NCBI GenBank assembly: GCA_046758505.1
Contig: JBHIAH010000001.1
Span: forward strand, 64,001-128,000
Direction of reading: 5' to 3'
Length of the DNA stretch: 64,000 nucleotides
Source of the DNA: Candidatus Methylomirabilales bacterium
GTDB lineage: Bacteria; Methylomirabilota; Methylomirabilia; Methylomirabilales; CSP1-5
The notes below the pieces were generated by a model, which saw nothing but the letters and a program-made list of their open reading frames with translations, did no database searches and was not told the DNA's origin. Numbering within the stretch: the stretch's first letter is position 1; each line of letters begins with the position of its first letter. Shown here piece by piece: positions 38,787 through 54,249 of the stretch. A program made the position numbers and the translations under genes.

Positions 38787-40964
38787 CTACCAAGCAAAAG
38801 GACCTCTGGGGCCGTGCCGCGTTTCGTCGCCGGCCCACCAGAGGACTCTCTTTTCAGGAGCCCGAACCGGCTGGGAAAGATCGCCAGGACCTCCCGAAGG
38901 ACGGAGAATGTTATACGGCGAATGAGGTGGAGTGACTTCTTTCACCCATCCGGGATCCCGCCCTCGCCGCTCCTGCCTGTCCCAATTGCCGGTCCAGCCG
39001 ACGTAGTGAAAGAAGGCCGGGTGCGCCGTCTCAATGGGGACCAATTGGTCTTCGGTGGGAAACCATCTAAGGCCGGTCCCCGTAAAGGCATCGCGAAGGT
39101 AGATGTCAACGAGGATCAGCGGCGGGAGCGCGGTCACGGACTCCAGAGTAGACTGCAGGACACCGGGAACGGGAGAGGATCCGTGGCTCCGCCCCGCGAT
39201 GAACATGACGGGATGGGTGGCGTTGGGGTTGTCATTGTCAAAGCTCCAGTAGGCGTGTTTCGCCCTGAACGTTTTCGCCGGCGTCTGATAAGAAGGCTTT
39301 GCATACGGATCGGCACCCGCTTCGTATAGGAAGATGTTGTCCAACTCTGACGAGCGGGGCCGCCCAAAAAATTGGAATTCCTGGGGTTCCGTAAATCCGC
39401 GGTCCTTGATCGTCCCCGCCTTTCCGATCACGTAGAGCGGCATCCCATGCATGCCCCCGGTGACCAGGCTCGCCGTCTTGCCGTGATCGCTTGTATAGAC
39501 CCGAATGGTCGTCTGATCTCCTTCGTGTCGGGTAATGAACTCGCTGGTCCCGAAGGGGCCGGGGATATTATCGCCGTCCTCCCAGTTCGCGTCCCAGGAG
39601 TTCCACATCTGATAGACGATCTCGTACTCGTCGTCAATACCGTCCCCGTCGGCATCATAGGGGTAAACCGCATAGTAGAGCTTCCAACCCGGGTTGGGTG
39701 CCCGATAGAACTCCGTCAATTCGAAATCGACGTCCCACAGGTCTCTACCGTCGTTCCGGTCAACGTGGCAGTCGTAGTAGCGTTCTTCAATTTCCCCGAA
39801 GAACGGAATAGGCGAAAAAAGCTCATCGCAACCCAATCGGTCCCCAAACGTAGCGGGGGAAAGGCCCATGTTATGGTTAGCATTGTTGGAGTCGACCTGA
39901 TGACGATACTGTGGGTGGGGAACATCGCGGTAGTCGAGGAGCGCGCCTTGATCTCTCTCGGCGTCCTGATGGAAGTTCTCCCAGCTCAGGTAGTCCACCC
40001 CTACCATTTGATGGCTGAAGATCATTAACTCTTCTTCAGTATACGTCCCTGCTCTCTTGACATTGCTCAGTTGAGGACCACCTTCCCATCGGAAGCTCGC
40101 CAAGTCCGCATTGTCCATGATCCACTCAATGCTGACTGGCCAGTAAATCTCCGAAGCGTCAAAGACCAAAAGGGGACGATGCCGTAACGCCGCCTCACGC
40201 GCATCGATCCCGTCGATGTGCCTCGTGCGCCGATTTGCCCTTTCGGAAATATCGTTATGCTTCACCTCTCGCTCTTCAAGAATCCGCCTGCAGCCTTGAA
40301 AGGTGTTGACTCGGGCGTAAAGCTCATACTCGTAGGGGGCGTCGAAGGAGAGGGGATAATCGTCGATTTCGACAAACTGCAGCTTGCCGGTGCGGTTGGC
40401 AGGAATCACGGCAACGTCCCTGCCACTCTCCCTGATGATGTATTCCTCGACGTCCGAAGCAGAGGCCTCCGGAGGCACATCCACGAGAATCTTCAGCCCG
40501 GTATCTGTGGAAGAGAAGTCCTGCGGGATGATGTTGTGAAAATAGGGACCCACGACCGGCGCCGGGGAGGTCGGCGCCGCCACGTCGATGGTGAAGGATT
40601 CCGAATCTTGGCCCATGTTGCCATTGCACGGACTCCCTGGCGGCGTGGGGGCGGTGGCGTGCACGACGACCTGAAAGGGCTCGCAAATCAAGTCAGCATC
40701 TGGAATCCAGCTGATCTTGCCACTGTTCGTAATCGTCATCCCTGGGGGTGCCTTGGTCAGGTCAAACGAGACTCCCCCCATCCAGCACGTTTCGTCTTTT
40801 ACGCGGAAGGTAGCCTGATACTGAAAGTGCCTGTTGGCCTGGGCTGCTTGGTCATCGATCGGGTCGATGACAAAGAGTGGTGGCCTCGCCGTCGCCTCCA
40901 TAGGAAGAACGATAGCAGCGGCGAAGACCAGACCAAGGGCGCTCACTCTGGCAAAATGTCTCAT
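38787..40964 (-). CDS. Large secreted hypothetical protein: putative Ig (He_PIG-like) domain + Vps62/NPP1-like domain
   Basis: Signal peptide; APPGMTITNSGKISWIP; HRPLLVFDASEIYWPVS; DADGDGIDD; RHEGD; GRSHGS. Confidence 0.7.
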   Translation of the reverse strand: MRHFARVSALGLVFAAAIVLPMEATARPPLFVIDPIDDQAAQANRHFQYQATFRVKDETCWMGGVSFDLTKAPPGMTITNSGKISWIPDADLICEPFQVVVHATAPTPPGSPCNGNMGQDSESFTIDVAAPTSPAPVVGPYFHNIIPQDFSSTDTGLKILVDVPPEASASDVEEYIIRESGRDVAVIPANRTGKLQFVEIDDYPLSFDAPYEYELYARVNTFQGCRRILEEREVKHNDISERANRRTRHIDGIDAREAALRHRPLLVFDASEIYWPVSIEWIMDNADLASFRWEGGPQLSNVKRAGTYTEEELMIFSHQMVGVDYLSWENFHQDAERDQGALLDYRDVPHPQYRHQVDSNNANHNMGLSPATFGDRLGCDELFSPIPFFGEIEERYYDCHVDRNDGRDLWDVDFELTEFYRAPNPGWKLYYAVYPYDADGDGIDDEYEIVYQMWNSWDANWEDGDNIPGPFGTSEFITRHEGDQTTIRVYTSDHGKTASLVTGGMHGMPLYVIGKAGTIKDRGFTEPQEFQFFGRPRSSELDNIFLYEAGADPYAKPSYQTPAKTFRAKHAYWSFDNDNPNATHPVMFIAGRSHGSSPVPGVLQSTLESVTALPPLILVDIYLRDAFTGTGLRWFPTEDQLVPIETAHPAFFHYVGWTGNWDRQERRGRDPGWVKEVTPPHSPYNILRPSGGPGDLSQPVRAPEKRVLWWAGDETRHGPRGPFAW

Positions 40965-41134
40965 CACTCTCCCCCCTGCCCGTAGGGAACACGCCGGGGA
41001 AAAAATAAATGCCTGTGTAACCACTTGTCAATATGCAATGTTTGCATACCTAGCCCCCTGAAAGCATCGGTGGGGGATGTAAGTGCCTGTGCCGCAAGGC
41101 CCGGACCATGCCGACAGGCGAGATAGGATGGGTG

Positions 41135-41175
41135 AAAATAAAAACGCCCCCGGGGCCCTTCGTGGCCCCAGGGGC
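41135..41175 (-). terminator. Intrinsic terminator downstream of ligA
   Basis: Minus strand GCCCCTGGGGCC-acgaag-GGCCCCGGGGGC-GTTTTTATTTT. Confidence 0.8.
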
Positions 41176-41250
41176 AAGGAGTGTCTCGCTCACCTCCGGG
41201 TATCTTCCCTGTCCCCTCCGGGGGTTCCTTCCACAAGTTAGCCGCGGGCA

Positions 41251-43287
<2,037 letters not shown>

Positions 43288-43448
43288 TCAACCAGCCCTC
43301 GTCTTCCTGAGTATACCCAGACTCTCGCGGCCAGCGCAACGCCTGCACAGGCCCCTCTCTCCCCCCAAGGCGAAATCCAGCATAAATATTGCAGTGGCTC
43401 CCCTGGGGAACGGCACACCAGACAGAATGTGAGGAGGATCTTCGCTCC

Positions 43449-44198
43449 ATGACCGAAAGACGCCCGCAAATGCTCAGTTGGACCTATGTCGTATATAGCA
43501 TCCTTGTCATCGCGATGACCGTCTTTCTCTTGCATGGAAGGGCCCCGATAACGGACAGGAACGTGACGGCGGTCGAGATGGCCCTCTTGCTCCCGGGTAT
43601 AATTCTCTACTTGCCGTTACTGCTTCTCTCCGGCGGCGTCCACTGGAGCCTCCTCCCGTTTTGGGCGCGCATGCCACTGTGGGGGGCCCTGAACGTCCTC
43701 GGATACCTGGCAATTCCCGTGGCAACCCAGGGGATATTCGGGTCGTGGCAACAATGGAAAGCGTCCGGCAAGCAGGGAAGTTTCTGGCTCGAGATGCTTA
43801 GGCGACCATCAGTTCTGATAGCGGCTGGCGTACTTTGCATGTTGTTGGGCCTGAATGGAGTCCTCCAAATCCGGCGGGACATATCCGGCCCCACGGATTA
43901 CGCGAATGTCGTGTTGGGTCCGTTGGCGGCCATCGGTTTTTGGTGCCTCGCGTACTACCTGTACCGGTACGGCACGGTGACCGGACTTCATGGTAAGTCG
44001 CTCCCGGCCTGGACGCGATGGGCCGTACCACTGGCGGCGGTTATCGGCGCGATGGTGGGGGGAGGACTCGCCTATGGGGAGGTCAGGATCCTCCGCTGGA
44101 GTCCTGCCGCTGCTGGTATACTGGCCGTGACCGTCACAGTTGTCACAGTAGCTGTGGTTTTGACCCTCTTCCACGTGATGCGAAAGCACACCAAGTGA
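43449..44198 (+). CDS. Hypothetical polytopic membrane protein
   Basis: About seven hydrophobic segments; SD GAGGAGG. Confidence 0.7.
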   Translation: MTERRPQMLSWTYVVYSILVIAMTVFLLHGRAPITDRNVTAVEMALLLPGIILYLPLLLLSGGVHWSLLPFWARMPLWGALNVLGYLAIPVATQGIFGSWQQWKASGKQGSFWLEMLRRPSVLIAAGVLCMLLGLNGVLQIRRDISGPTDYANVVLGPLAAIGFWCLAYYLYRYGTVTGLHGKSLPAWTRWAVPLAAVIGAMVGGGLAYGEVRILRWSPAAAGILAVTVTVVTVAVVLTLFHVMRKHTK

Positions 44199-44357
44199 AT
44201 GCCTCACACAGTCCCAAGATATACTGGGACATGGGGGTCAGGCCTGCGATTTGCTATTTGGTGGGGAGTATTTGTCGGAAGGGCGTCGGAGCACGGGGAA
44301 GAAGGGAAGGCGGAAAAGGATCATCACGTGAAAGGCTAAGGGGTCTCGAAGCGCACT

Positions 44358-44996
44358 CTACCGGACTGTGACAGGCACGATGGTAGAGTAACGGCCATAA
44401 CTGACGACAACCATCGTCTTGCCCCGCCCCACGCCCGTCACGAGACCGGTTCTATCGACCGTTACGACGCCAGGATTACTGGAACTAAAGCGTGTCCGCG
44501 AAGACTCGGTGATGTCCTTCGCCGTCCCATCGTCAAAAGTCCCCGTCACGATAAGGGGGATTTGGGATCCCAGTCGCCTCAAGAAGATCCGCCCAGGACT
44601 CACTCGCAATGCGGTCAGCTTCGCCGAGGTTTCTATATCAATGGTCACCGCCTTTGAAAAGATCCCGCCCTCGCGACCGGTCCGGCCAAGCGCACTGATT
44701 TTTTTGGTCCCGATAAGATCCACCGGGATCTGAACCGGAAACTCATACGGAGGAGCAAATTTGGGCCGGGAAATTCCGAGATCTTCACCGATGATTTGAA
44801 TCGCGGCAAAAGACGCACCCTCAGCGACCTGGACGACGACGGTGATGGTCTGCCCTGCGGCCACAATAGTACCGTCCACAGGAGCAACAATGTGAAGCGA
44901 GTCGGATTTCTGCTGAGCCTGACTGTGAGGAGTATAGCTTAGGCTAAGAAGGAATAGCAGGCAGAGCCACGTATATCGCGCAGACATGGATTTCAT
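44358..44996 (-). CDS. Secreted protein with Ig-like domains (C-terminal Big_2-like)
   Basis: Signal peptide; FSSSNPGVVTVDRTGLVTGVGRGKTMVVVSY. Confidence 0.78.
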   Translation of the reverse strand: MKSMSARYTWLCLLFLLSLSYTPHSQAQQKSDSLHIVAPVDGTIVAAGQTITVVVQVAEGASFAAIQIIGEDLGISRPKFAPPYEFPVQIPVDLIGTKKISALGRTGREGGIFSKAVTIDIETSAKLTALRVSPGRIFLRRLGSQIPLIVTGTFDDGTAKDITESSRTRFSSSNPGVVTVDRTGLVTGVGRGKTMVVVSYGRYSTIVPVTVR

Positions 44997-45212
44997 TTGA
45001 CCCGCGCCTATCCAATCGGCTCATTGCTCCTTCTTGTCATTTAACACATTCTCGGCTCCTCCGCAAGGATGGGACCAGGATGAGCCTTAGCCGATCTCCG
45101 ACAGCCCGGGGGAACCGCAGCCGATGCGGGGGCTCCGGGCTGTAGTGCGCTGGTGCCGCGGGAGGGGTGCACGGGAGGAGCCTCAGGTGCTCGCCATCAC
45201 TGAAAAATCCCC

Positions 45213-45241
45213 TTGACATTTGGAAGGGCCGGAGCTAAATT
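45213..45241 (+). promoter_or_regulatory. Sigma70 promoter of the pyr operon
   Basis: TTGACA-17 nt-TAAATT. Confidence 0.75.
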
Positions 45242-45248
45242 ATAGTTG

Positions 45249-45281
45249 CCTTTTAAGCGGGCCCGGCGAGGCTCGCAAAGG
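45249..45281 (+). promoter_or_regulatory. PyrR-binding loop (pyr attenuator)
   Basis: CCUUUUAA-GCGGGC-CCGGCGAG-GCUCGC-AAAGG matches the UUUAA and CCNGNGAGGYU pattern; lies upstream of pyrR. Confidence 0.85.
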
Positions 45282-45320
45282 AGCGCAGATGAAGTATCCA
45301 ATTGTAGAGTGCAGGATGCG

Positions 45321-46033
<713 letters not shown>

Positions 46034-46060
46034 ACATGGTGATCGATGGGCGGAGCACAG

Positions 46061-46993
46061 ATGGCGCTGAAACGGAAAGACCTGTTGACGATCCGGGAAC
46101 TGGAGCCGGAGGAGATCCATCTCGTCCTGGAGACCGCCGACTCGATGAAAGAAATCGCCTCCCGCGAGATCAAGAAGGTCCCCGCGCTCCGGGGGAAGAC
46201 CGTGATCAACCTCTTCTACGAGCCGAGCACCCGGACCCGGACCTCTTTCGAGATCGCCGGCAAGTGGCTCAGTGCGGACGTGGTCAATATCGCCACTTCC
46301 GCCTCGTCCGTCACTAAGGGCGAGTCGCTCCTCGATACCGGCAAGACCCTGCAGGCCATGCGCCCGGATGTGGTGGTGATCCGCCACCCGGTCCCGGGGG
46401 CACCCAAGATGCTGGCCGATCGCCTTCCAGCCTCGATCATCAACGCCGGGGACGGGGCCCATGAGCACCCCACTCAGGCCCTCCTCGACCTCTTCACCAT
46501 CCGCGAGCGTCTGGGACGCTTGGACGGACTCAGGGTTGCCATCGTGGGAGACATCAGCCACAGCCGCGTCGCGCGATCCGGCATTCGGGCCATGCGCAAA
46601 GTGGGGATGGAGGTGCGCGTGGCGGGACCGGCCACGCTCCTGCCGCGCTTTTCAGAGCAGCTCGGGGTCCAGGCCACCACCGATGTGGAAACCGCCATTG
46701 CCGATGCCGATGTCATCATGATGCTTCGGATCCAACGGGAGCGGCAGGGCCCGACCCTGCTCCCCTCGCTTCGCGAGTACAGCCGCCTCTTCGGCCTCAC
46801 CGTCGAGCGCTTGAAGAAGGCCAAGGAGGAGGTCCTGATCATGCACCCGGGGCCGATCAACCGGGGGGTAGAGATCGCCCCGGAGGTGGCCGACGGCCCG
46901 TACAGCCTCATTCTCGATCAGGTCACCAACGGGGTGGCCATTCGCATGGGCTTGCTGTACCTCTTGACCGGCGGGCAGGGGAGCGAGCGCTGA
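46061..46993 (+). CDS. pyrB: Aspartate carbamoyltransferase catalytic subunit
   Basis: [34 protein letters not shown]. Confidence 0.97.
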   Translation: MALKRKDLLTIRELEPEEIHLVLETADSMKEIASREIKKVPALRGKTVINLFYEPSTRTRTSFEIAGKWLSADVVNIATSASSVTKGESLLDTGKTLQAMRPDVVVIRHPVPGAPKMLADRLPASIINAGDGAHEHPTQALLDLFTIRERLGRLDGLRVAIVGDISHSRVARSGIRAMRKVGMEVRVAGPATLLPRFSEQLGVQATTDVETAIADADVIMMLRIQRERQGPTLLPSLREYSRLFGLTVERLKKAKEEVLIMHPGPINRGVEIAPEVADGPYSLILDQVTNGVAIRMGLLYLLTGGQGSER

Positions 46994-46994
46994 G

Positions 46995-47075
46995 ATGGTT
47001 CAGCGTTCATGGTTGAGGGTTCAGAGTTCAGAGATAGAGATTCTGGCTCTTACCATGAACTGTGAACCGTGAACC
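46995..47075. repeat. Palindromic heptamer element with conserved core between pyrB and pyrC
   Basis: ggttcag cgttcat ggttgag ggttcag agttcag - gattctggctcttacc (47039-47054) - atgaact gtgaacc gtgaacc. Confidence 0.88.
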
Positions 47076-47089
47076 AATCGGAGAGTGAG

Positions 47090-48433
47090 ATGCAATTGTT
47101 GATCACTGGAGGGCGAGTGATCGATCCGGCCAGCGGGATCGATGACACCCTCGATATCCTGGTCGAGGGTGGGCAGATCCTTCAGGTGGAAAAAAGCGTT
47201 CAGGGTTCAGGGTTCAGGGTTCAGGGGAAGAAGAACAAAAAGCCAGGGAACCAGGACCTATCAAGTACGCATGTCAATCGTGTGATTGATGCCGCCGGCA
47301 AAGTGGTCGTGCCGGGCCTGATTGACATGCACGTCCATCTCCGGGAGCCGGGACGAGAAGACGAGGAGACCATCGCCTCCGGAACCGCAGCTGCCGCCCG
47401 GGGCGGATTCACCTCGATCTGCTGCATGCCGAATACCGAGCCGGTCAACGACACCGCCTCGGTCACCGAATACATCCGGGAGCAGGCCCAAAAGGTCGGG
47501 CGCACGCACGTTTTTCCCATCGGATGTATCTCGCGAGCGCAGCGAGGCCAAGAGCTGGCGGAGATCGGGGACCTCGTCGCGGCCGGGTGCGTCGGGCTCT
47601 CCGACGACGGCAAGCCGGTCGTCGATGCCGACCTCATGCGCCGGGCGATGGAGTACGCCACCATGTTCGACGTCCCGCTGCTCCCTCACTGCGAGGATCT
47701 CTCCCTCTCCGCCGGGGGGAGCATGCACGAGGGGCGCGTGAGCACCGAACTAGGACTCAAGGGGATCCCTGCTCCCGCCGAAGCGGTCATGGTGGCAAGA
47801 GACATCTTGCTGAGCGAGTACACCGGGGCCCGCCTCCACATCTGTCACGTGAGCACCGCCGAATCGGTCCGTCTTATCCGGGAGGCCCGGGCACGGGGGG
47901 CGCGTGTGAGCGGCGAGGCAACCCCGCACCACCTGATCCTCACCGACGAGGCCGTCCGGGGCTTCGACACCAACGCCAAGATGAATCCCCCCCTCCGCGC
48001 GGCGGAGGACGTGACCGCGCTCCGGGAGGCACTCATCGACGGAACCATCGAGGTGATTGCTACTGATCACGCCCCCCATGCCCGCTCCGAGAAAGAGATG
48101 GAATTCGATTACGCTCCCTTTGGCATCATTGGGCTCGGGACGGCCCTCGGCCTCATCCTCACCGAGTTCTATCACAGCCGCCTCCTCACCCTTCCCATGA
48201 TCGTCGAGCGCATGGCAGCGGCCCCCGCCCGAATCCTCAAGCTTAAGCACAAGGGGACCCTGGCCCCCGGTGCCGATGCGGACATCACGCTCATCAATCC
48301 GAACCAGGAGTGGATCGTCGAGGAGCAGGGATTGCATTCCAAGAGCAACAACTCCCCCTTCATCGGTTGGAAGCTCAAGGGGAGAGCGGTGATGACGCTC
48401 GTGGCCGGGCAGGTGGTCTGGGAGACGCCATGA
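47090..48433 (+). CDS. pyrC: Dihydroorotase (contains in-frame repeat-derived insertion)
   Basis: [33 protein letters not shown]. Confidence 0.96.
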   Translation: MQLLITGGRVIDPASGIDDTLDILVEGGQILQVEKSVQGSGFRVQGKKNKKPGNQDLSSTHVNRVIDAAGKVVVPGLIDMHVHLREPGREDEETIASGTAAAARGGFTSICCMPNTEPVNDTASVTEYIREQAQKVGRTHVFPIGCISRAQRGQELAEIGDLVAAGCVGLSDDGKPVVDADLMRRAMEYATMFDVPLLPHCEDLSLSAGGSMHEGRVSTELGLKGIPAPAEAVMVARDILLSEYTGARLHICHVSTAESVRLIREARARGARVSGEATPHHLILTDEAVRGFDTNAKMNPPLRAAEDVTALREALIDGTIEVIATDHAPHARSEKEMEFDYAPFGIIGLGTALGLILTEFYHSRLLTLPMIVERMAAAPARILKLKHKGTLAPGADADITLINPNQEWIVEEQGLHSKSNNSPFIGWKLKGRAVMTLVAGQVVWETP

Positions 48434-49695
48434 AGCCCGCAATGCTGGCCCTCGCAGACGGCACCACCTTTGAGGGGACCGCCTTCGGTGCGGAAGGGGA
48501 GTGTGTCGGCGAGGTCGTCTTCAACACGGCCATGACCGGCTACCAGGAGATCCTCACCGATCCCTCATACAAGGGGCAGATCGTCTGCATGACTTATCCC
48601 CTCATCGGTAACTACGGGATCAACCTTGAGGACATCGAGTCCCGGCGCCCCTTCGTGGAAGGGTTTATCGTCAAGGAGGGGTCTCCGTACCCCAGCAACT
48701 GGCGTAAAGCCCAATCGCTCGACGCGTACCTCAAGGAATGGGGGATCGTGGGCATTCAGGGAATCGACACGCGTGCCCTCACCAAGCATATCCGGGACGA
48801 GGGTGCGATGGAAGGGGTGATCTCGACGGTCGACCTTTCTGCCCAAGGCCTCATCGCGAAGGCACGATCCTCTCCCGGTCTTATTGGGCGCGATCTGGTC
48901 ACCGAGGTCACCTGTGCCGAGCCCTTCCGATGGTGGCAGGGTGCGTGGCGCTGGCCCCATGGCTATCTCGATGACCGCGGACCGACGGCCGACGACCGCG
49001 AAGCCCCGAAAACCCAGCTCGACCTCTTCGGTCATCGGTCATCGGTCACCGGTCATCGCTTTCGAGTGGTGGCCATAGACTGCGGCATCAAATACAACAT
49101 CCTCCGAGAGCTGGTGAGCACCGGTTGCGATGTGGTGGTGGTCCCGGCTTCAACCCCCGCCGACGAGATCCTCGCCTCTGACCCGGATGGCATCTTTCTC
49201 AGCAACGGTCCCGGGGACCCCGAAGGAGTTCCATACCTCGTCGAGACGACCCGACAATTACTAGGCAGACGGCCGATCTTCGGGATCTGTCTCGGGCATC
49301 AGATCCTGGGGCTCGCCCTGGGCGGCCGGACGTATAAACTCAAATTCGGCCATCATGGGGCGAACCATCCGGTCAAGGAGGTTCACACCGGGAAGGTCGA
49401 GATCACGACCCAGAATCACGGCTTTGCGGTCGACATCGACGCCTTCCCGGGCGAAGACGTCGAGCTCACCCACGTCAACTTAAACGACGGGACCGTTGAA
49501 GGCATGCGGCACACCCGACTCCCCCTCTTCTCCGTCCAGTACCATCCCGAGGCCTCCCCGGGTCCCCATGACTCGCGGTACCTCTTTCAGCGTTTTGTAG
49601 CCTTGATGAACCAGGAGCACGGCACGCGAGAGCCGGTGGAGCTGCCCGGGGGCGAGCGAACCCGGGTCCGCCAGCGCGAAGACATCACCATATGA
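48430..49695 (+). CDS. carA: Carbamoyl-phosphate synthase small subunit (contains in-frame hairpin insertion)
   Basis: [43 protein letters not shown] overlap with pyrC. Confidence 0.96.
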   Translation: MKPAMLALADGTTFEGTAFGAEGECVGEVVFNTAMTGYQEILTDPSYKGQIVCMTYPLIGNYGINLEDIESRRPFVEGFIVKEGSPYPSNWRKAQSLDAYLKEWGIVGIQGIDTRALTKHIRDEGAMEGVISTVDLSAQGLIAKARSSPGLIGRDLVTEVTCAEPFRWWQGAWRWPHGYLDDRGPTADDREAPKTQLDLFGHRSSVTGHRFRVVAIDCGIKYNILRELVSTGCDVVVVPASTPADEILASDPDGIFLSNGPGDPEGVPYLVETTRQLLGRRPIFGICLGHQILGLALGGRTYKLKFGHHGANHPVKEVHTGKVEITTQNHGFAVDIDAFPGEDVELTHVNLNDGTVEGMRHTRLPLFSVQYHPEASPGPHDSRYLFQRFVALMNQEHGTREPVELPGGERTRVRQREDITI

Positions 49696-49704
49696 ACAAC
49701 CGGG

Positions 49705-49840
49705 CAGTTGTCAGCATTTGGCAGACAGCACAAATAAACTGAAGCCGACAGCGGACAGCGGACAACTAGATAACGATAGCTGATTGCTGATCGCTCACCG
49801 CTGACAGATGTTTTCATCGGTCGTCGGTCACCGGTCACTA
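49705..49840. repeat. Heptamer arrays (GCTGAYN and CGGTCRY types) between carA and the 4-OT gene
   Basis: gccgaca gcggaca gcggaca ... gctgatt gctgatc gctcacc gctgaca ... cggtcgt cggtcac cggtcac. Confidence 0.82.
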
Positions 49841-49853
49841 CGAGGAGGGAGCC

Positions 49854-50039
49854 ATGCCAGTCGTACACATCCACATGCTCGAAGGGCGCAGCGTCGAGCA
49901 GAAAAAGAAGCTGGCCGAGGCCGTCACTGCCGCCTTGGTCAACATCGCCAAAACCACCCCAGAGGCGGTTACCATCGTCATCGACGATTATCCGCGGACC
50001 AGCTGGGCCAAGGGTGGCAAGCTCATGGCCGACCAGTAG
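49854..50039 (+). CDS. 4-oxalocrotonate tautomerase family protein
   Basis: N-terminal Pro, EGRSVEQKKKL, WAKGG; 61 aa; SD GAGGAGG. Confidence 0.92.
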   Translation: MPVVHIHMLEGRSVEQKKKLAEAVTAALVNIAKTTPEAVTIVIDDYPRTSWAKGGKLMADQ

Positions 50040-50066
50040 GAACGGGTAACCGGGGCACGTACTGCA

Positions 50067-53334
<3,268 letters not shown>

Positions 53335-53345
<11 letters not shown>

Positions 53346-54249
53346 GATGCACTCCCTCCGCCAGATCCAGCCGGACTACTTCCTCCAGCGCTTTGTATCG
53401 CCCCCCATGGCCTTTCAGCCTGGGCAGTTCGTCATGGTCAAGCCCTCGGGATCGCTCGATCCCTTCCTGCCAAGGGCCTATAGCATCCTGAGAGTCCAGC
53501 GCCACATGACGGGGAGGAGAGGGAAGCGGGAAGACGTGGTGGAGATCCTCTATAAGGTGTTGGGAAAGGGGACCACCGCGCTTTCGCGCCTCAAGCCCGG
53601 CGATCGGGTGGACCTGCTGGGCCCGCTGGGAAATGGCTATCGCGTGCCGCAGGACCTCACCACGGCCCTGCTGGTAGCGGGAGGAATCGGGGTGCCCCCG
53701 GTCGTCGCGCTCGCTGAACGGCTGGCCGGTTCACAGTTCCCGGTTCACAGTTCAGGGCAAGGAAAAGCTGGACTTCGGTCGTCGGTCGTCGGTCGTCCCA
53801 AAGTGGTGGCCTTTATCGGGGGCAAATCGTCGACCGATGTTTTGTGTCTCACCGACCTTCGAAAGGCAGGAGCCGCGCTTCAGGTGGCCACCGAAGATGG
53901 CAGCCTCGGGCACCAGGGGCTTGTGACCGATCTCCTCGAATCGTATGTGCGGTCATCGGTCAACGGACTTCGGTTAACGGTTTATGCATGCGGTCCTCAC
54001 GCGATGCTTCACGCCGTTGCTCGGATCGCCGAGCGATTCCAAATCCCCTGCCAGGTTTCCCTGGAGGCCCACATGGCGTGCGGCTTCGGGGCCTGTATGG
54101 GGTGCGTTATACCAGTTCAGAGTTCAGAGTTGAGAGTTGAGAGTTCGAGACAAACTATGAACCGTGAACCGTCAACCATGAACCAGCGGAGCTATAAGTT
54201 GTGTTGTAAGGATGGGCCGGCCTTCGACGCCTCGGAGATTGTCTGGTGA
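53335..54249 (+). CDS. pyrK: Dihydroorotate dehydrogenase electron transfer subunit (three repeat-derived segments); start GTG 53335 or ATG 53347
   Basis: [41 protein letters not shown]...CKDGP. Confidence 0.93.
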
